DNA of 63,623 bases, filler included, from Nemertoderma westbladi (lineage: Eukaryota; Animalia; Xenacoelomorpha): NCBI GenBank assembly GCA_032718475.1. It is 4 parts of 4 records of this genome, joined end to end, with 100 filler letters (N's around TTAATTAATTAA, not from the genome) between each part and the next. Parts side by side here need not be neighbours in the genome. Positions count along the whole stretch, not along the records: positions 15,948 to 33,531 come from JAUCBJ010003903.1; positions 33,632 to 53,952 come from JAUCBJ010001311.1; 2 more parts are not named here. One strand, written 5' to 3'. The notes under the pieces were generated by a model. It saw nothing but the letters and a program-made list of their open reading frames with translations, was not told where the DNA came from and ran no database searches. A program made the position numbers and the translations under genes. Numbering within the stretch: the first letter of the stretch is position 1; every line of letters begins with the position of its first letter. Below are positions 24,940 to 36,315 of this stretch, piece by piece.

Positions 24940-26010
24940 AAAATTCCAATTGGATTCTTTTGGTCGAAATATCCAGGTGAAAAGCATATTCCACAATATA
25001 GTTTTACAGGACCAAATACTCATCTAGATTTACGTTTCAATTCAGATGATTCACCTATAACTAAACCAAAGAATAGAGTGGATGAGGCTGCTCTGAAACA
25101 TGATATAATATATAGGGACCATACAGATATACATGAAAGACATAAAGCAGACCAACAAATGATCAAAGAATTGAAAAACATTAGTAATCCAACAATTAGG
25201 GAAAAAGTTGAACATTCATTTATTATTAAAATTTTACAAGGAAAAATTAAAAGAATTAATTAAAATTAAATTTGGCATGGGTTCATTATCTGATGAGCTC
25301 CACCATCAATTTCGAAAACCTAAGCAGCTTTTAAAAGTAAAGGTATATGCAAAAGATGATATTTGGGCTGCAGATTTAGTTGAAATGCCTAAACAGTTTA
25401 AGTACCACTATATCCTGACAATTATTGATTTGTATACCAAATATGCCTGGGCAATACCTTTAACGAATAAAAGAGGTGAAACTATATCTAAAGCTTTTGA
25501 TAAAATTTTCAAAGAGAGCAGAAGATCTCCTCAGAAATTATGGGTTGATCAGGGAAAGAGTTTTATAATTCTCATGTCAAAGCACTCTCTTTTGAATTAT
25601 ATTCAACATTCAATGATGGGAAGGCAGTAGTGATAGAACGATTTAATAGGACATTGAAACAGATGATGTTTAAAATATTTACTGAACAGGGTAGTCAAAA
25701 ATGGTTAAAGGTACTTCCATTAGTTATTGAAAAATATAATAACAAAATACATAGAACCATTGGTATAACACCAACTGAAGCAAGTAAGGATCCTGATTTG
25801 ATTAAACATACTATGGATCAGAATAATTTTCATAATGAATTGACCATGAAAAAGAAAAATTAAAGTTTAAAGTTGGAGAGCGAGTGAGAATATTCAAGTG
25901 GAAATCACATTTTGAAAAAGGTTATACAGCAAAATGGACAAGAGAAATTTTCATCATAAGAAAAATAAACAATTCTGCACCCCCTACTTATGATTTAGAT
26001 AAAAGATAAA
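24940..26010 (+). pseudogene. Parvovirus-type phospholipase A2 domain joined to retroviral-type (rve) integrase
   Basis: KHIPQYSFTGPNTHLDLR...NRVDEAALKHDIIY...RHKADQQM, then KFGMGSLSDELHH..DIWAADLVEM..LTIIDLYTKYAW..LWVDQG..IERFNRTLK..FKVGERVRI..FEKGYTAKWT; frameshifts at ~25255, ~25555 and ~25860. Confidence 0.88.
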
Positions 26011-26424
26011 ATGCCTACGATTTATGATTTTGAAAAACATAAGTATAATTTACCTACTAGGGGAAGTGGATATCGGAATGAGCTTCAGAATGTGTTTCAG
26101 AACGAATTTCCGAAGAAATCTGGTGATGGAATTGGTAATATCATTTCTGGAGTAGGTAAAATTACCAAAGTGGCTATGCAAAATAAAGAAGTGTTTTCTG
26201 ATGCTGCAAAGTCAGCCGGTGCAGTTGCAATTGCTACATCTAAAATTGCTGATGCTGTAAAGGCAGCCAAACGATTCAATGAATTACGAGAGATACAACG
26301 AATTAATGAATTTAGAGAAACAAAACAGGAAAGTGCGAAAAACTGATTAAGTCCAGAAATTATTACCAAAATAAAAGAAATACCTACTCGCAATAAATAT
26401 GGAGATGGATTTGAAAGATTTTAA
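26011..26424 (+). pseudogene. Maverick core/structural small protein with GxG motifs
   Basis: RGSGY, SGDGIGNIISGV, and terminal YGDGF after an in-frame TGA at 26344; lies immediately upstream of the capsid gene. Confidence 0.55.
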
Positions 26425-26448
26425 TAATATTTTCTTATCTATAATAAA

Positions 26449-27834
26449 ATGAGTAGAGTAAATGAAAAAATCTTTCAATTGGATGAACCAAACTATGTTA
26501 GTTACAATCGTAAAAAACAAGATTTCATAAAAATTGCACCAACTACTGGTACAGCTAATAATCTAAATCAAGGAGGTAATGTGATATCTTTTGAAGTTAA
26601 TAACCAGGCTAACTTCTTATATCTTCCCGAATCATTTATTTATTGTGAATTTCAGTTTTTAAATGAAGCAGGAATTCCATTCCCTGGAAATATTACATTG
26701 GAACATAATTGGTTCCCTCGAGTTTTTGATGATATAAGACTTGAAATTGGCAGTCAACAATTGGAAATTATAAATGAAACTGGAGAATTTGATACAATTT
26801 TGAAATTTTTGATAAGAGGTAGAGATTATGCTAATGCAAATATTGAAGGATGGATCCCTGATACTGGAACTGGAAATTCAGTTGCTAACATAAATCCTAT
26901 ACCAAATAATGCAAATGATGACATTCGGTTACAAGGTGTTCAATCATCAGTTGCAAGATTAAATATACATAATTTAAATACTGGTTATCTAAAAAGAAAA
27001 GAATTTTACAATAATGAAAATGGTGTTGCTAATCGTCATGGCTTTTGGATAAAATGGCCTCTTTCACCTTTGTTTGGTTATCTTGATCATAATAAAATCA
27101 GTGTAAATCTTCCAATAAAATTAAGTTTGAAACGGAAGGCAAATGATACAAGTATATTTTTTGGTGTTCATGAGGAGAATGCAAAACTTGAATTGACTAA
27201 AATAGAATTTTGGATATCTAATATCCAACCATCTCTTGAAATAGAGACAGAAATATTGAAAAGATTAAACACCAATAAAGACATTAGAATTAATTTTTTG
27301 AAACGAAATACATTTGTTAATACAATCATTCAACAAGAATATATTTGGCATATATCAAATGTCAATAATACACCTAGGTTTCTATTTGTTGTATTTAAAC
27401 CAATGGGCTTGAATCAAGCATTTGATGTAAACAATAGCCTATACACAAGTTTCAAGACTGCTGGGGAAGGAGTAGCAAATGACATACAACTTACTGATCT
27501 ACAAGTTAGATTGAATCAAACGAGGTATCCATTAGATCCTGTGAAGCAGAATCCTGAACATTTTAATATTTTTGAATCTTATAACTCATATGAAGAAGTT
27601 TGTAAAATATTTGGTTCAGAACCACAACTGAATCCAATTGATTTCAGAAATCTATACCCCATATACTGTTTCGATTTGAGTAGCCAGGATGAGAATTTGG
27701 TAAAAAATGGGATAAATATACAATTATATATTAAAAAGACAAGTGCAGAACCATTACCTGCATACTGTCTCATTTTGGAAGATACTTCTCATGTAATTAA
27801 ACTAATCAATGGTCGAATGACACGAATTGAATGA
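26449..27834 (+). CDS. Maverick major capsid protein (double jelly-roll, hexon-like), intact 461 aa
   Basis: NLNQGGNVISFEV..YLPESFIYCEF, PLSPLFGY, PRFLFVVF, LQVRLNQTRYP, FRNLYPIYCFDLS; size and position fit a Maverick MCP. Confidence 0.85.
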   Translation: MSRVNEKIFQLDEPNYVSYNRKKQDFIKIAPTTGTANNLNQGGNVISFEVNNQANFLYLPESFIYCEFQFLNEAGIPFPGNITLEHNWFPRVFDDIRLEIGSQQLEIINETGEFDTILKFLIRGRDYANANIEGWIPDTGTGNSVANINPIPNNANDDIRLQGVQSSVARLNIHNLNTGYLKRKEFYNNENGVANRHGFWIKWPLSPLFGYLDHNKISVNLPIKLSLKRKANDTSIFFGVHEENAKLELTKIEFWISNIQPSLEIETEILKRLNTNKDIRINFLKRNTFVNTIIQQEYIWHISNVNNTPRFLFVVFKPMGLNQAFDVNNSLYTSFKTAGEGVANDIQLTDLQVRLNQTRYPLDPVKQNPEHFNIFESYNSYEEVCKIFGSEPQLNPIDFRNLYPIYCFDLSSQDENLVKNGINIQLYIKKTSAEPLPAYCLILEDTSHVIKLINGRMTRIE

Positions 27835-27892
27835 AGAAAACTCATTCCCCAAAAAAATTCTAAAAAAAAAATATATTATTATTATAAAAAGC

Positions 27893-28444
27893 ATGAAAGA
27901 CATAACATTAAGAAACAAATTTGAAGATATTATACGGAATGATAAACCCAAGACAATAAAAGTGAATGGAAAATCATATTTTATATCTCGCAAGATCTTA
28001 AACGAGTGCAAAAAAGAAGGTGGAATCGTCCCCATCTTGGCATTGATACCATTAATTGCAGGAGGGGTTGCGGCAACAGGTGCAGTTGCTGGAGGCACAG
28101 CAGGAATTGTAAAGGCAGTTCATGATAAGAATGCGCAAGATGCTGAATTAGCAGAGCAAATACGACATAATCGAGAAATGGAAATGTCACTTGGTAGAGG
28201 TTACAGTAATGTTCAAGATGGATACAATGGAAATGGTATAAAGGAACATATAAAAAACTTTGTAAGAGCTTTAGATATGGAAAATGAAGCAAAAAAAGCA
28301 GTTAAAACATTCTTGAAAAACATATCTGAAACAATAGAAATTACTCCTACAAGAGGAAACGGATTGAATATTCAAGGCGAAATTATGGAAAATATACAAC
28401 ATATACATGGAAAATATAACCTGGGTTTCGCCACTGACAAATAA
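27893..28444 (+). CDS. Maverick small structural protein with hydrophobic Gly/Ala segment; 3' end probably runs out of the element near 28370
   Basis: KEGGIVPILALIPLIAGGVAATGAVAGGTAGIVKAV..ELAEQIRHNREME..GRG, the GGxLP...EQxRHN motif typical of Mavericks. Confidence 0.7.
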   Translation: MKDITLRNKFEDIIRNDKPKTIKVNGKSYFISRKILNECKKEGGIVPILALIPLIAGGVAATGAVAGGTAGIVKAVHDKNAQDAELAEQIRHNREMEMSLGRGYSNVQDGYNGNGIKEHIKNFVRALDMENEAKKAVKTFLKNISETIEITPTRGNGLNIQGEIMENIQHIHGKYNLGFATDK

Positions 28445-28488
28445 TCGAGTTACATGGTATTACCATTTGTTTTTTCGTTTTATTAAAG

Positions 28489-28647
28489 GTCCTTTATGTA
28501 GTGAATTGACTGATACCAGTGGAGAACGCTGTGATTATTGGGCCAATGACCTAGGAGAATGCGAAAACAATCCCAGGTATATGATGAGTGTTTGTGAAAA
28601 GACCTGTCGAATGAAAGATGGAAGCTGCAATACAGTCGAACCTGGTG
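28489..28647 (+). CDS. Host exon encoding a ShKT (ShK toxin-like) domain, symmetric phase 1-1
   Basis: Polypyrimidine..aag acceptor, gtgagt donor, 159 bp; CSELTDTSGERCDYWANDLGECENNPRYMMSVCEKTCRMKDGSC (six-Cys ShKT pattern). Confidence 0.85.
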
Positions 28648-28712
28648 GTGAGTTTCACTTAAAATTTTTGATTTCTGTAAAATAAAAATGAAAATTTATC
28701 ATTAATGATCAT

Positions 28713-28852
28713 ATGATCAATCAATGATCAATCAATGATCAATCAATGATCAATCAATGATCAATCAATGATCAATCAATGATCAATCAATGATCAATCA
28801 ATGATCAATCAATGATCAATCAATGATCAATCAATGATCAATCAATGATCAA
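28713..28852. repeat. 11-bp tandem repeat (atgatcaatca)n, ~13 units
   Basis: Directly visible. Confidence 0.97.
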
Positions 28853-29223
28853 TAATCATTAATGAATACCGAAGAGTTAGCAGGACTATAGTGGGTATAA
28901 TATCTCACTCAGTGGGTATAATTTCTCACTCAAGCAAGGAATGGGGAATGAATATGTTCGAATATTGTCATTTTGTACCGGAGTTCTGTAGTCAATATAC
29001 AAATATTTTTAGTTATGAAATATTTTATATAATATATGCATGCAATATATAATCAGTCGCCAGTTCGTGCTACCAGCAAGGCCCAGCAAGGCAGTCTGAT
29101 CGCCACCAGTATCCCATTAATCGATTACTTGATCAGAGTTGGTTCATAAGCCACATCAACTAAGGAAGTCTTCAAATGCTTCGATCCCACCTAGACCTCA
29201 TTGCCGACTTTGCAAAAGCTTGC

Positions 29224-30867
29224 AAAAACTTTATAGAAGTAAAAGTGTCTGAGTCTGTACTCCCAGATATTCCCATTGGCGATATCTCCTTTGCAGAAGT
29301 GAAGACTGCTGCAAAGAGCATTAAGACCAATCGTGCCAGTGGAGTAGATGGTGTTCCCCCTGAGGTCTTTAAAATACCTGAGTGTTTAAAGCTCATCTAT
29401 CCCATCATAGTAGACATGTACCGAACAACAAGAGTCCCACAAGAAATGAAAACAAATAAGTTGGTGCCTGTTCCCAAGAAGGGCAACCTAACACTCTATA
29501 GTTCTTTTCGGGGAATCTCATTGATCTCGATTGCTGCAAAGCTATACAATAGGATTCTATTAAATCGCATCAGGGATCCCATTGAGAGACTGCTCCGTGG
29601 AAATCAGAATGGGTTCCGTAAAGGTCGTGGGACCATGGAGACCATTTTGGCACTTAGAAGGATAATTGAAGAGTTATCAAAAAAGAAAGACAGGCATCTG
29701 GCTGTTATCTTTGTTGACTTCTTCAAGGCCTTTGATTCAGTCTCTCGCTCACGTATGTTCAGCATACTTTCATTATATGGGATTCCTGATGAAATTATTG
29801 CAGCAATCAGATCAGTATACGATGGTTCAACAACATTTGTGTCTACTGTTGACGGTGACACAGAACCATTTGAAGTGTTATGGGGCGTCCTCCAAGGAGA
29901 CACACTTGCACCATTCTTGTTCATTATTGTGGTTGACTATGTTCTACGCATGTCCTTAGATCATTATAATGATGATGGGGTGATGATAACTCCACCTACT
30001 GGCTCCAGAAGTCGAGGAAATCCTGCCAAGTACCTAACTGATCTAGACTTTGCTGATGACTTAGGAGTACTCTCAGAATCATTAGAGGGAGCCCAACGGC
30101 TCCTCAGCTCATTAGAACATGCTGCTTCTAGTGTTGGTCTTTTTATTAACTCCAGAAAGACCAAAATTCTGACAGTTAACTTTGAAAGTCCTCAGCAAGT
30201 CTCTGATCGGATGAGCATAAGCTCAAAGGATGGTATGCTTGAGCATGTGGACGACTTCTGTTACCTGGGATCATGGATCCGGAAGTCAGGTGAGGACCTT
30301 CGAATACGTAAGGGAAAGGCATGGGCAGCCTTGAATAGGCTTTCCAGGATTTGGAAGTCACCGAGAATTAATCGGAAACTTAAGGTCCGATTATTTAGAG
30401 CAGCAGTAGTTCCAGTACTCCTCTACGGGAGTCCATTCTGGGCTCTAACTGCTGAGGACACCAAATCTCTGGATGGCACATTCACAAGAATGCTACGCCG
30501 GGTTCATTGTGTCAAGTACAATGCACACATCTCCAACCAGACACTATATAACATTGGAGGTGTCTCATTGGTTCCCCCAAGCTTGACACTAGAACAAAAT
30601 CGCCTCCGCTTTGCAGGACATTGCTTTCGCCGTGAGGACCAGCCAGTGCATAATCTTGTACTTTGGCAGCCTCATGGAGTGAATAAGCATGGTGGACAGC
30701 CCATGACTTTCTTGAGACGCATCTTAAAGGACACTGGCCTTAAAGATGCGGATGATCTAGCAAATGTCATGGGTGATAGGGAGTTGTGGCGGTGCAATTT
30801 TGTTGACAAGCCGGCACAGCATTCTTAAAAATGCAGCTGCAATGCAGCATGCCGATCCTAGTAGTAG
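29224..30867 (+). mobile_element. 5'-truncated RTE-clade LINE with open RT ORF (to 30828), (TAG)n tail, flanked by ~106-bp direct repeats
   Basis: VPVPKKGNL..FRGISL, QNGFRKGR, FVDFFKAFDSV, GVLQGDTLAPFLF, LDFADD, YLGSWI, LRFAGHCFR; 29118-29223 equals 30868-30973 with one mismatch. Confidence 0.93.
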
Positions 30868-31039
30868 TAATCGATTACTTGATCAGAGTTGGTTCATAAG
30901 CCACATCAACTAAGGAAGTCATCAAATGCTTCGATCCCACCTAGACCTCATTGCCGACTTTGCAAAAGCTTGCCCAACAAAAAAGTTTTAATTAAATGCT
31001 ACAGTGCCTTGGGCACCATTATTGAAGGCAAAGGCTTGA

Positions 31040-31450
31040 TTATGTATCTATGCAATAGATACTTTTTTACCATATTTAATTCGTGTTTTAATCTGCGCAC
31101 CGCAAACTTATATTTTGCACGAGTCGTATTGTGTAAATAAAATAAATTACCCTGCATAGCATTTGGTCTACCAGCGGAAATCCATAGGCTGTGCCAAAAT
31201 AATTGCCTTGTTCCAACCAGGCAAAGTGCAGTTGTTGACAGTTGGGCCATAACCACCCGCTTTGTCTGCCTGTGGGTGGGGCAGAGCATCTGTTGCGAGC
31301 TTTAACGCCTCTAAAATATCAAAAGTGTAAATTTCTATCAACTGTAAATGATCAACGTTCGTGAAAAAACTTTCGTTACATTCAATACAATTTATTTCAA
31401 TATCATTTAGCTTTTGATTAAGCGTATGATGATGTAAAAGCTTTTGCGGA
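31040..31450 (-). pseudogene. Old non-LTR retrotransposon fragment (linker region between endonuclease and RT, RTE-X-like)
   Basis: LPGWN, LFWHSLWISAGRP, TRAKYKFAVRRLK across frameshifts. Confidence 0.55.
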
Positions 31451-31644
31451 TATAACCAGTCATTTTCTCCGCAATATACCGTGTAGGTGTTTTGGCGGAC
31501 ATAACGGGCCATTTCCCCCGCATTGCGCAGTATAGGTGCTTTAGCGGACATAACAAGCCATTTTAACCGCAATGCGCTTAATACTCTAAAAGAGTGGAAC
31601 TCAGATGACGAAATCTGTCAGCTGATTTACAGTAAACGTGGAAC

Positions 31645-32650
31645 ATCTCTTTGTTCAGCTCGCTCAGCTCAGCCAATCAGAGCGATTTTTATTTTATGAG
31701 GCCTACGGAAAACCGCGCAATGCATTACGGTCTTTGTTTACCTTTCTGAGCGAGAGAACTGCTTGGAAATTCAACTGTACTTCTGTGTTGGAAGTTTCAG
31801 ACTTTGACCTAAACATCAGAAACATCAGATGTCTTTGATTACAAGAACGTAAAACTATTAACTGAATCATACTTCATATCTGAATCACTGAAACGCAACG
31901 CAATTCAACTACGCAACACACAGCATCATACCGCAAGTCAACATTGCTGCACATGGAACACTGCATCAGTAACACATACTGACTGTTCACCGCATTATTT
32001 TACTTCTGTTATTAATTGTTATGTTGGTGTATATTGCTGATATATTTGGAGAATACCGATGAATAATCATAAAACCCCAATCTTCTTGATTACTGAAGGT
32101 TAGAGGAACAGGTTTACCGGTAGCAACTGCGACTTACATTATAGTGGTTTTTGTGTGAATTAAATGCTATTTCATAATCCCTACATGTGTCAGTTGCGAT
32201 CCTCCTTATATATGATCAAATTCAGTGACGGTCGGCAGATCAGTGCGAAGTAGTGTGAAGTAGTGTGAAGTCGTGTGAAGTAGTGTGAAGGTTAATAAAG
32301 CATCTCCTAAAGAATGCGCTTTTTACGAAACTCAGTAGCCATCCAGTTGTGATTAGTATAAGTCATAACTCTGTTTTATACTTAAAGCGCCACGTCCTAA
32401 AGGAACTGTTAATATTTCCCCGAAAGTAAATATATTGTCAGAGATTATATATTAACGATCAATCGAATAACACAGTAGGTCTACACTGCAATCACTATCA
32501 AAGCATCCGAATCCAGTCTCCCTTAACTGTGGGTGAATGGTCGCGCACAGGCTGGCTTCGGCTGATGTAACTTCAGTACATTAAATAATTGATATATAAA
32601 AAGACAATTAAAATTGGCAGGTTAAATTGCTAAAGGTCTAAAAGCACGAA
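31645..32650 (+). mobile_element. Interspersed repeat homologous (inverted) to 1985-2950
   Basis: Shared blocks listed under the 1985-2950 feature; CCAAT-containing promoter-like start. Confidence 0.7.
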
Positions 32651-32820
32651 CAGATGAAACGCTTGTTTTTGATCTTTATTAGCCCGGCAATACGATATCT
32701 CACTGTTAAAAGTAGGTCTATGTAGACTAACATCGAAATCATTTTAACCTCAGTTAATGGAGCTAAGCAAATTATAAGAGTCAATATATTTGGTGGAAAT
32801 ACACTCAGCAATGCGTTTGA

Positions 32821-33135
32821 TTAATTCATAGCTGGGAATACAGGTTTTCTGTTCGATATGGGAAAAAGATAGGGGTGAAATGCATACACTCCCTCATATG
32901 CGCGTCCTGGATAATAACGATGGCGCAACTCGCAGTAAAGATCTGCACTAGCTTCCCAAGATCGTATGTATCGAAATACAATCAACTCGTCTACGCTTTC
33001 AATGTCTGGGCTAAAAGGCCAATCCCAACTAGCATGTCCCTTTAGTTGGCAATAATGACATTGCGTCATAAACTGGGGACAGACAGCGAAGATATGCTTA
33101 TAACTAATGCGACAATAAGCATAATAAATCTCCAT
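32821..33135 (-). pseudogene. Degenerate CCHC zinc-knuckle ORF fragment (retroelement gag/ORF1-like)
   Basis: QCHYCQLKGHASWDW fits Cx2Cx4Hx4C with the last Cys lost. Confidence 0.35.
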
Positions 33136-33469
33136 TAAGGGTTGGTCTTTGAAATAAGAACAAATTTTGTCAGAGTCTAATGGAGTAGTATCTCGGTATG
33201 CTTCTCCTCTAGCTGATTTTACTCGTTAGATTGATTGATGTCACCTTTCTTCCAAGAAATCAGATAGTATCTCGAATCGATATCTTTCTCCAGGTTCACG
33301 ATTTGAATCTCCGTTACTGGGTATCCCGAGAGTATCTTGGGTCGCTACAGGACGGTGGAATGCGGGTTCTAGGCGCACACATCTTTAAAGATAGTCAACC
33401 CAGGGCTAACCAGTTTCCTTGATATGGATTCCACACTCGATACTACCATTGGATCATGTCATCAGTGGG

Positions 33470-33531
33470 TCAGAGACTTGCTGAGGACTTTCAAAGTTAA
33501 CTGTCAAAATTTTGGTCTTTCTGGAGTTAAT
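33470..33531 (-). mobile_element. 62-bp piece of a second copy of the RTE element at the contig end
   Basis: Reverse complement matches ~30145-30206 (attaactccagaaagaccaaaatt.tgacagttaactttgaaagtcctcagcaagtctctga) with one mismatch. Confidence 0.85.
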
Positions 33532-33631
33532 NNNNNNNNNNNNNNNNNNNNNNNNNNNNNNNNNNNNNNNNNNNNTTAATTAATTAANNNNNNNNNNNNN
33601 NNNNNNNNNNNNNNNNNNNNNNNNNNNNNNN
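33532..33631. other. Artificial contig linker
   Basis: N44-TTAATTAATTAA-N44. Confidence 0.95.
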
Positions 33632-33999
33632 GCATAAATTTGCAGCGCCACCTAGCGGTGCAGAATTATTTTAACATTTTAACAGAATTATTAAAATTTC
33701 GCCTGATAGTTATGTTGCCCATCTTTCTTTGATCTAACATATAAAAAAACTTTCATGTGATTAGGTTCAAAACTGTAAAAGCCTTAGGGTTTTAAGCGCA
33801 ACCAAGTTTTTTTTGTTGTTAACTAGTATTAACTAATATTAAATAGCGAAAAAAAAAAATTTCTGAGCTGTCATGTAGAATAGCATCTTAGGCACCTATA
33901 TGCCAAATTTTAGCCAAAATTAAACAATTTTGAAACGCTGAGAGTGACAAATCGAAGAGTTGTCCGAAAATGGTGTACCCCCCCCCCCCCCCCCCCCCC

Positions 34000-34650
34000 T
34001 TAAGTAGGTGGTTCACAGACTCGTTATTATTATTTGTCCAAAATGATTCTAAAATATTGTTATGAATAGGGTCCCAAATATTTTCCAGAGTAAGGGGAAA
34101 CGCTGTCTTAGTCAAATAATTATTCATTGACGTGGGTAACTTATTGTGCGACAAGACATTGTTGCAAAGAGTTTGGTATTCGTTGTCGTCCTTGGCGAGA
34201 ATTATCCCGGTTGGTCCGACTATTTTCGTCATTGTCTCATACAGAGATCTTTGGGAACTGCCGTGTCAGCGAGATGCTTGTACACGTATTTATTTCATAT
34301 GGTTAAACAAAGTAACATCGGGGAATTTGGGAATGAGGTTGTCATTGCCTTTCGCAAAGCTAACTCATTGTCTGATCCCAGCTTTAGTTTTAACAGTGGT
34401 TTATCATTTAACAAGCCACGAATATGAGATATGAAATAGGGGAACACTAAAAATGTTGACTTACCATGGACCAGTAGAGGACCAATAAATATTGGATGTT
34501 CGTTCGATTCAATGTACAAGACAGATAAATTTTTAAAAACACTTACAGTAACCAGAAGTTGGCCGAGGTTAAACGTTTTATCAAAAGAATATACAGCATT
34601 ACCGCGGCAACAGAACCTCTTAATATCTTTAACTGGTTCTCGCTATACAG
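34000..34650 (-). pseudogene. Mutator-like (MULE) DDE transposase relic
   Basis: YSFDKTFNLG, HPIFIGPLLVH, GSDNELALRKAMTTSFPNSPMLLC and WTNNNNESVNHLLK across frameshifts. Confidence 0.75.
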
Positions 34651-34744
34651 AATGATTGAGACAGGGGGGGGGGGGGGGGGACTCGACGCAAAACCCGCCT
34701 TGGCGAATTAATATCCCTCCTCAATGTTAAATTCTCAATTTAAT

Positions 34745-35510
34745 ATCCATCCACCCCTAATAACGGTTAGTGTTCTGTTCAGTTGCCGCACAGACCATCC
34801 ATCCACCACTAATAACGGTTAGTGTTCTATTCAGTTGCCGCACAGACCATCCATCCACCCCTAATAACGGTTAGTGTTCTATTCAGTTGCCGCACAGACC
34901 ATCCATCCACCCCTAATAACGGTTAGTGTTCTGTTCAGTTGCCGCACAGACCATCCACCCCTAATAACGGTTAGTGTTCTGTTCAGTTGCCGCACAGACC
35001 ATCCATCCACCCCTAATAACGGTTAGTGTTCTGTTCAGTTGCCGCACAGACTATTCATCCACCCCTAATAACGGTTAGTGTTCTGTTCAGTTGCCGCACA
35101 GACCATTCATCCACCCCTAATAACGCTTAGTGTTCTGTTCAGTTGCCGCACAGACCATCCATCCACCCCTAATAACGGTTAGTGTTCTGTTCAGTTGCCG
35201 CACAGACCATTCATCCACCCCTAATAACGGTTAGTGTTCTGTTCAGTTGCCGCACAGACCATCCATCCACCCCTAATAACGGTTAGTGTTCTGTTCAGTT
35301 GCCGCACAGACCATCCATTCCACCCTAATAAAGGTCAGTGTTCTGTTCAGTTGCCGCACAGACCATCCATCCACCCCTAAAAATGGTTAGTGTTCTGTTC
35401 AGTTGCGCACAGACTATTCATCCACCCCTAATGACGGTTAGTGTTCTGTTCAGTTTCCGCACAGACCATTCATCCACCCCTAATAACGCTTAGTGTTCTG
35501 TTCAGTTGCC
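34745..35510. repeat. 52-bp tandem repeat, ~15 units
   Basis: atccatccacccctaataacggttagtgttctgttcagttgccgcacagacc. Confidence 0.96.
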
Positions 35511-35514
35511 GTCA

Positions 35515-36315
35515 TATCGGACCATATGGGTACCACATCGGACCAAATGGGTACCACATTGGACCAAATGGGTACCACATCAGACCCAATCGGTACCAAA
35601 TCGGACCAAATCGGTATCACATCGGACCTTATGGGTACCACATCGGACCCAATCGGTACCACATCGGACCCAATCGGTACCACATCGGACCAAATCGGTA
35701 CCACATTGGACCAAATCGGTACCACATCGGACCTTATGGGTACCACATCGGACCCAATCGGTACCACATCGGACCCAATCGGTACCACATCGGTACGACA
35801 TTGGAACAAATCGGCACCACATCGGACCCAATCGGTACCAAATCGGACCAAATCGGTATCACATCGGACCTTATGGGTACCACATCGGACCCAATCGGTA
35901 CCACATCGGACCCAATTGGCACCACATCGGACCCAATCGGTACCAAATCGGTATCACATCGGACCTTATGGGTACCACATCGGACCCAATCGGTACCACA
36001 TCGGACCCAATCGGTACCACATCAGTACCACATCGGACCAAATCGGTACCACATTGGACCAAATCGGTACCACATCGGTACCACATTGGACCAAATCGGT
36101 ACCACATCGGACCTTATGGGTACCACATCGGACCCAATCGGTACCACATCGGACCCAATCGGTACCACATCGGTACGACATTGGAACAAATCGGCACCAC
36201 ATCGGACCCAATCGGACCAAATCGGTATCACATCGGACCTTATGGGTACCGGGCATCGGACCCAATCGGTACCACATCGGACCCAATCGGTACCACATCG
36301 GACCACATCGGGGCC
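35515..36315. repeat. 21-bp (10/11-bp submotif) tandem repeat ggtaccacatcggacccaatc; inverted short copy at 36820-36941
   Basis: Directly visible; foldback-like subterminal repeats. Confidence 0.93.

Larger units (their letters stand above)
19332..28370 (+). mobile_element. Decayed Maverick/Polinton (adintovirus-like) endogenous virus; both termini missing
   Basis: Co-oriented pPolB, adenain protease, ATPase remnant, penton stub, PLA2-integrase, capsid and core-like genes; AT-rich and intronless. Confidence 0.95.
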
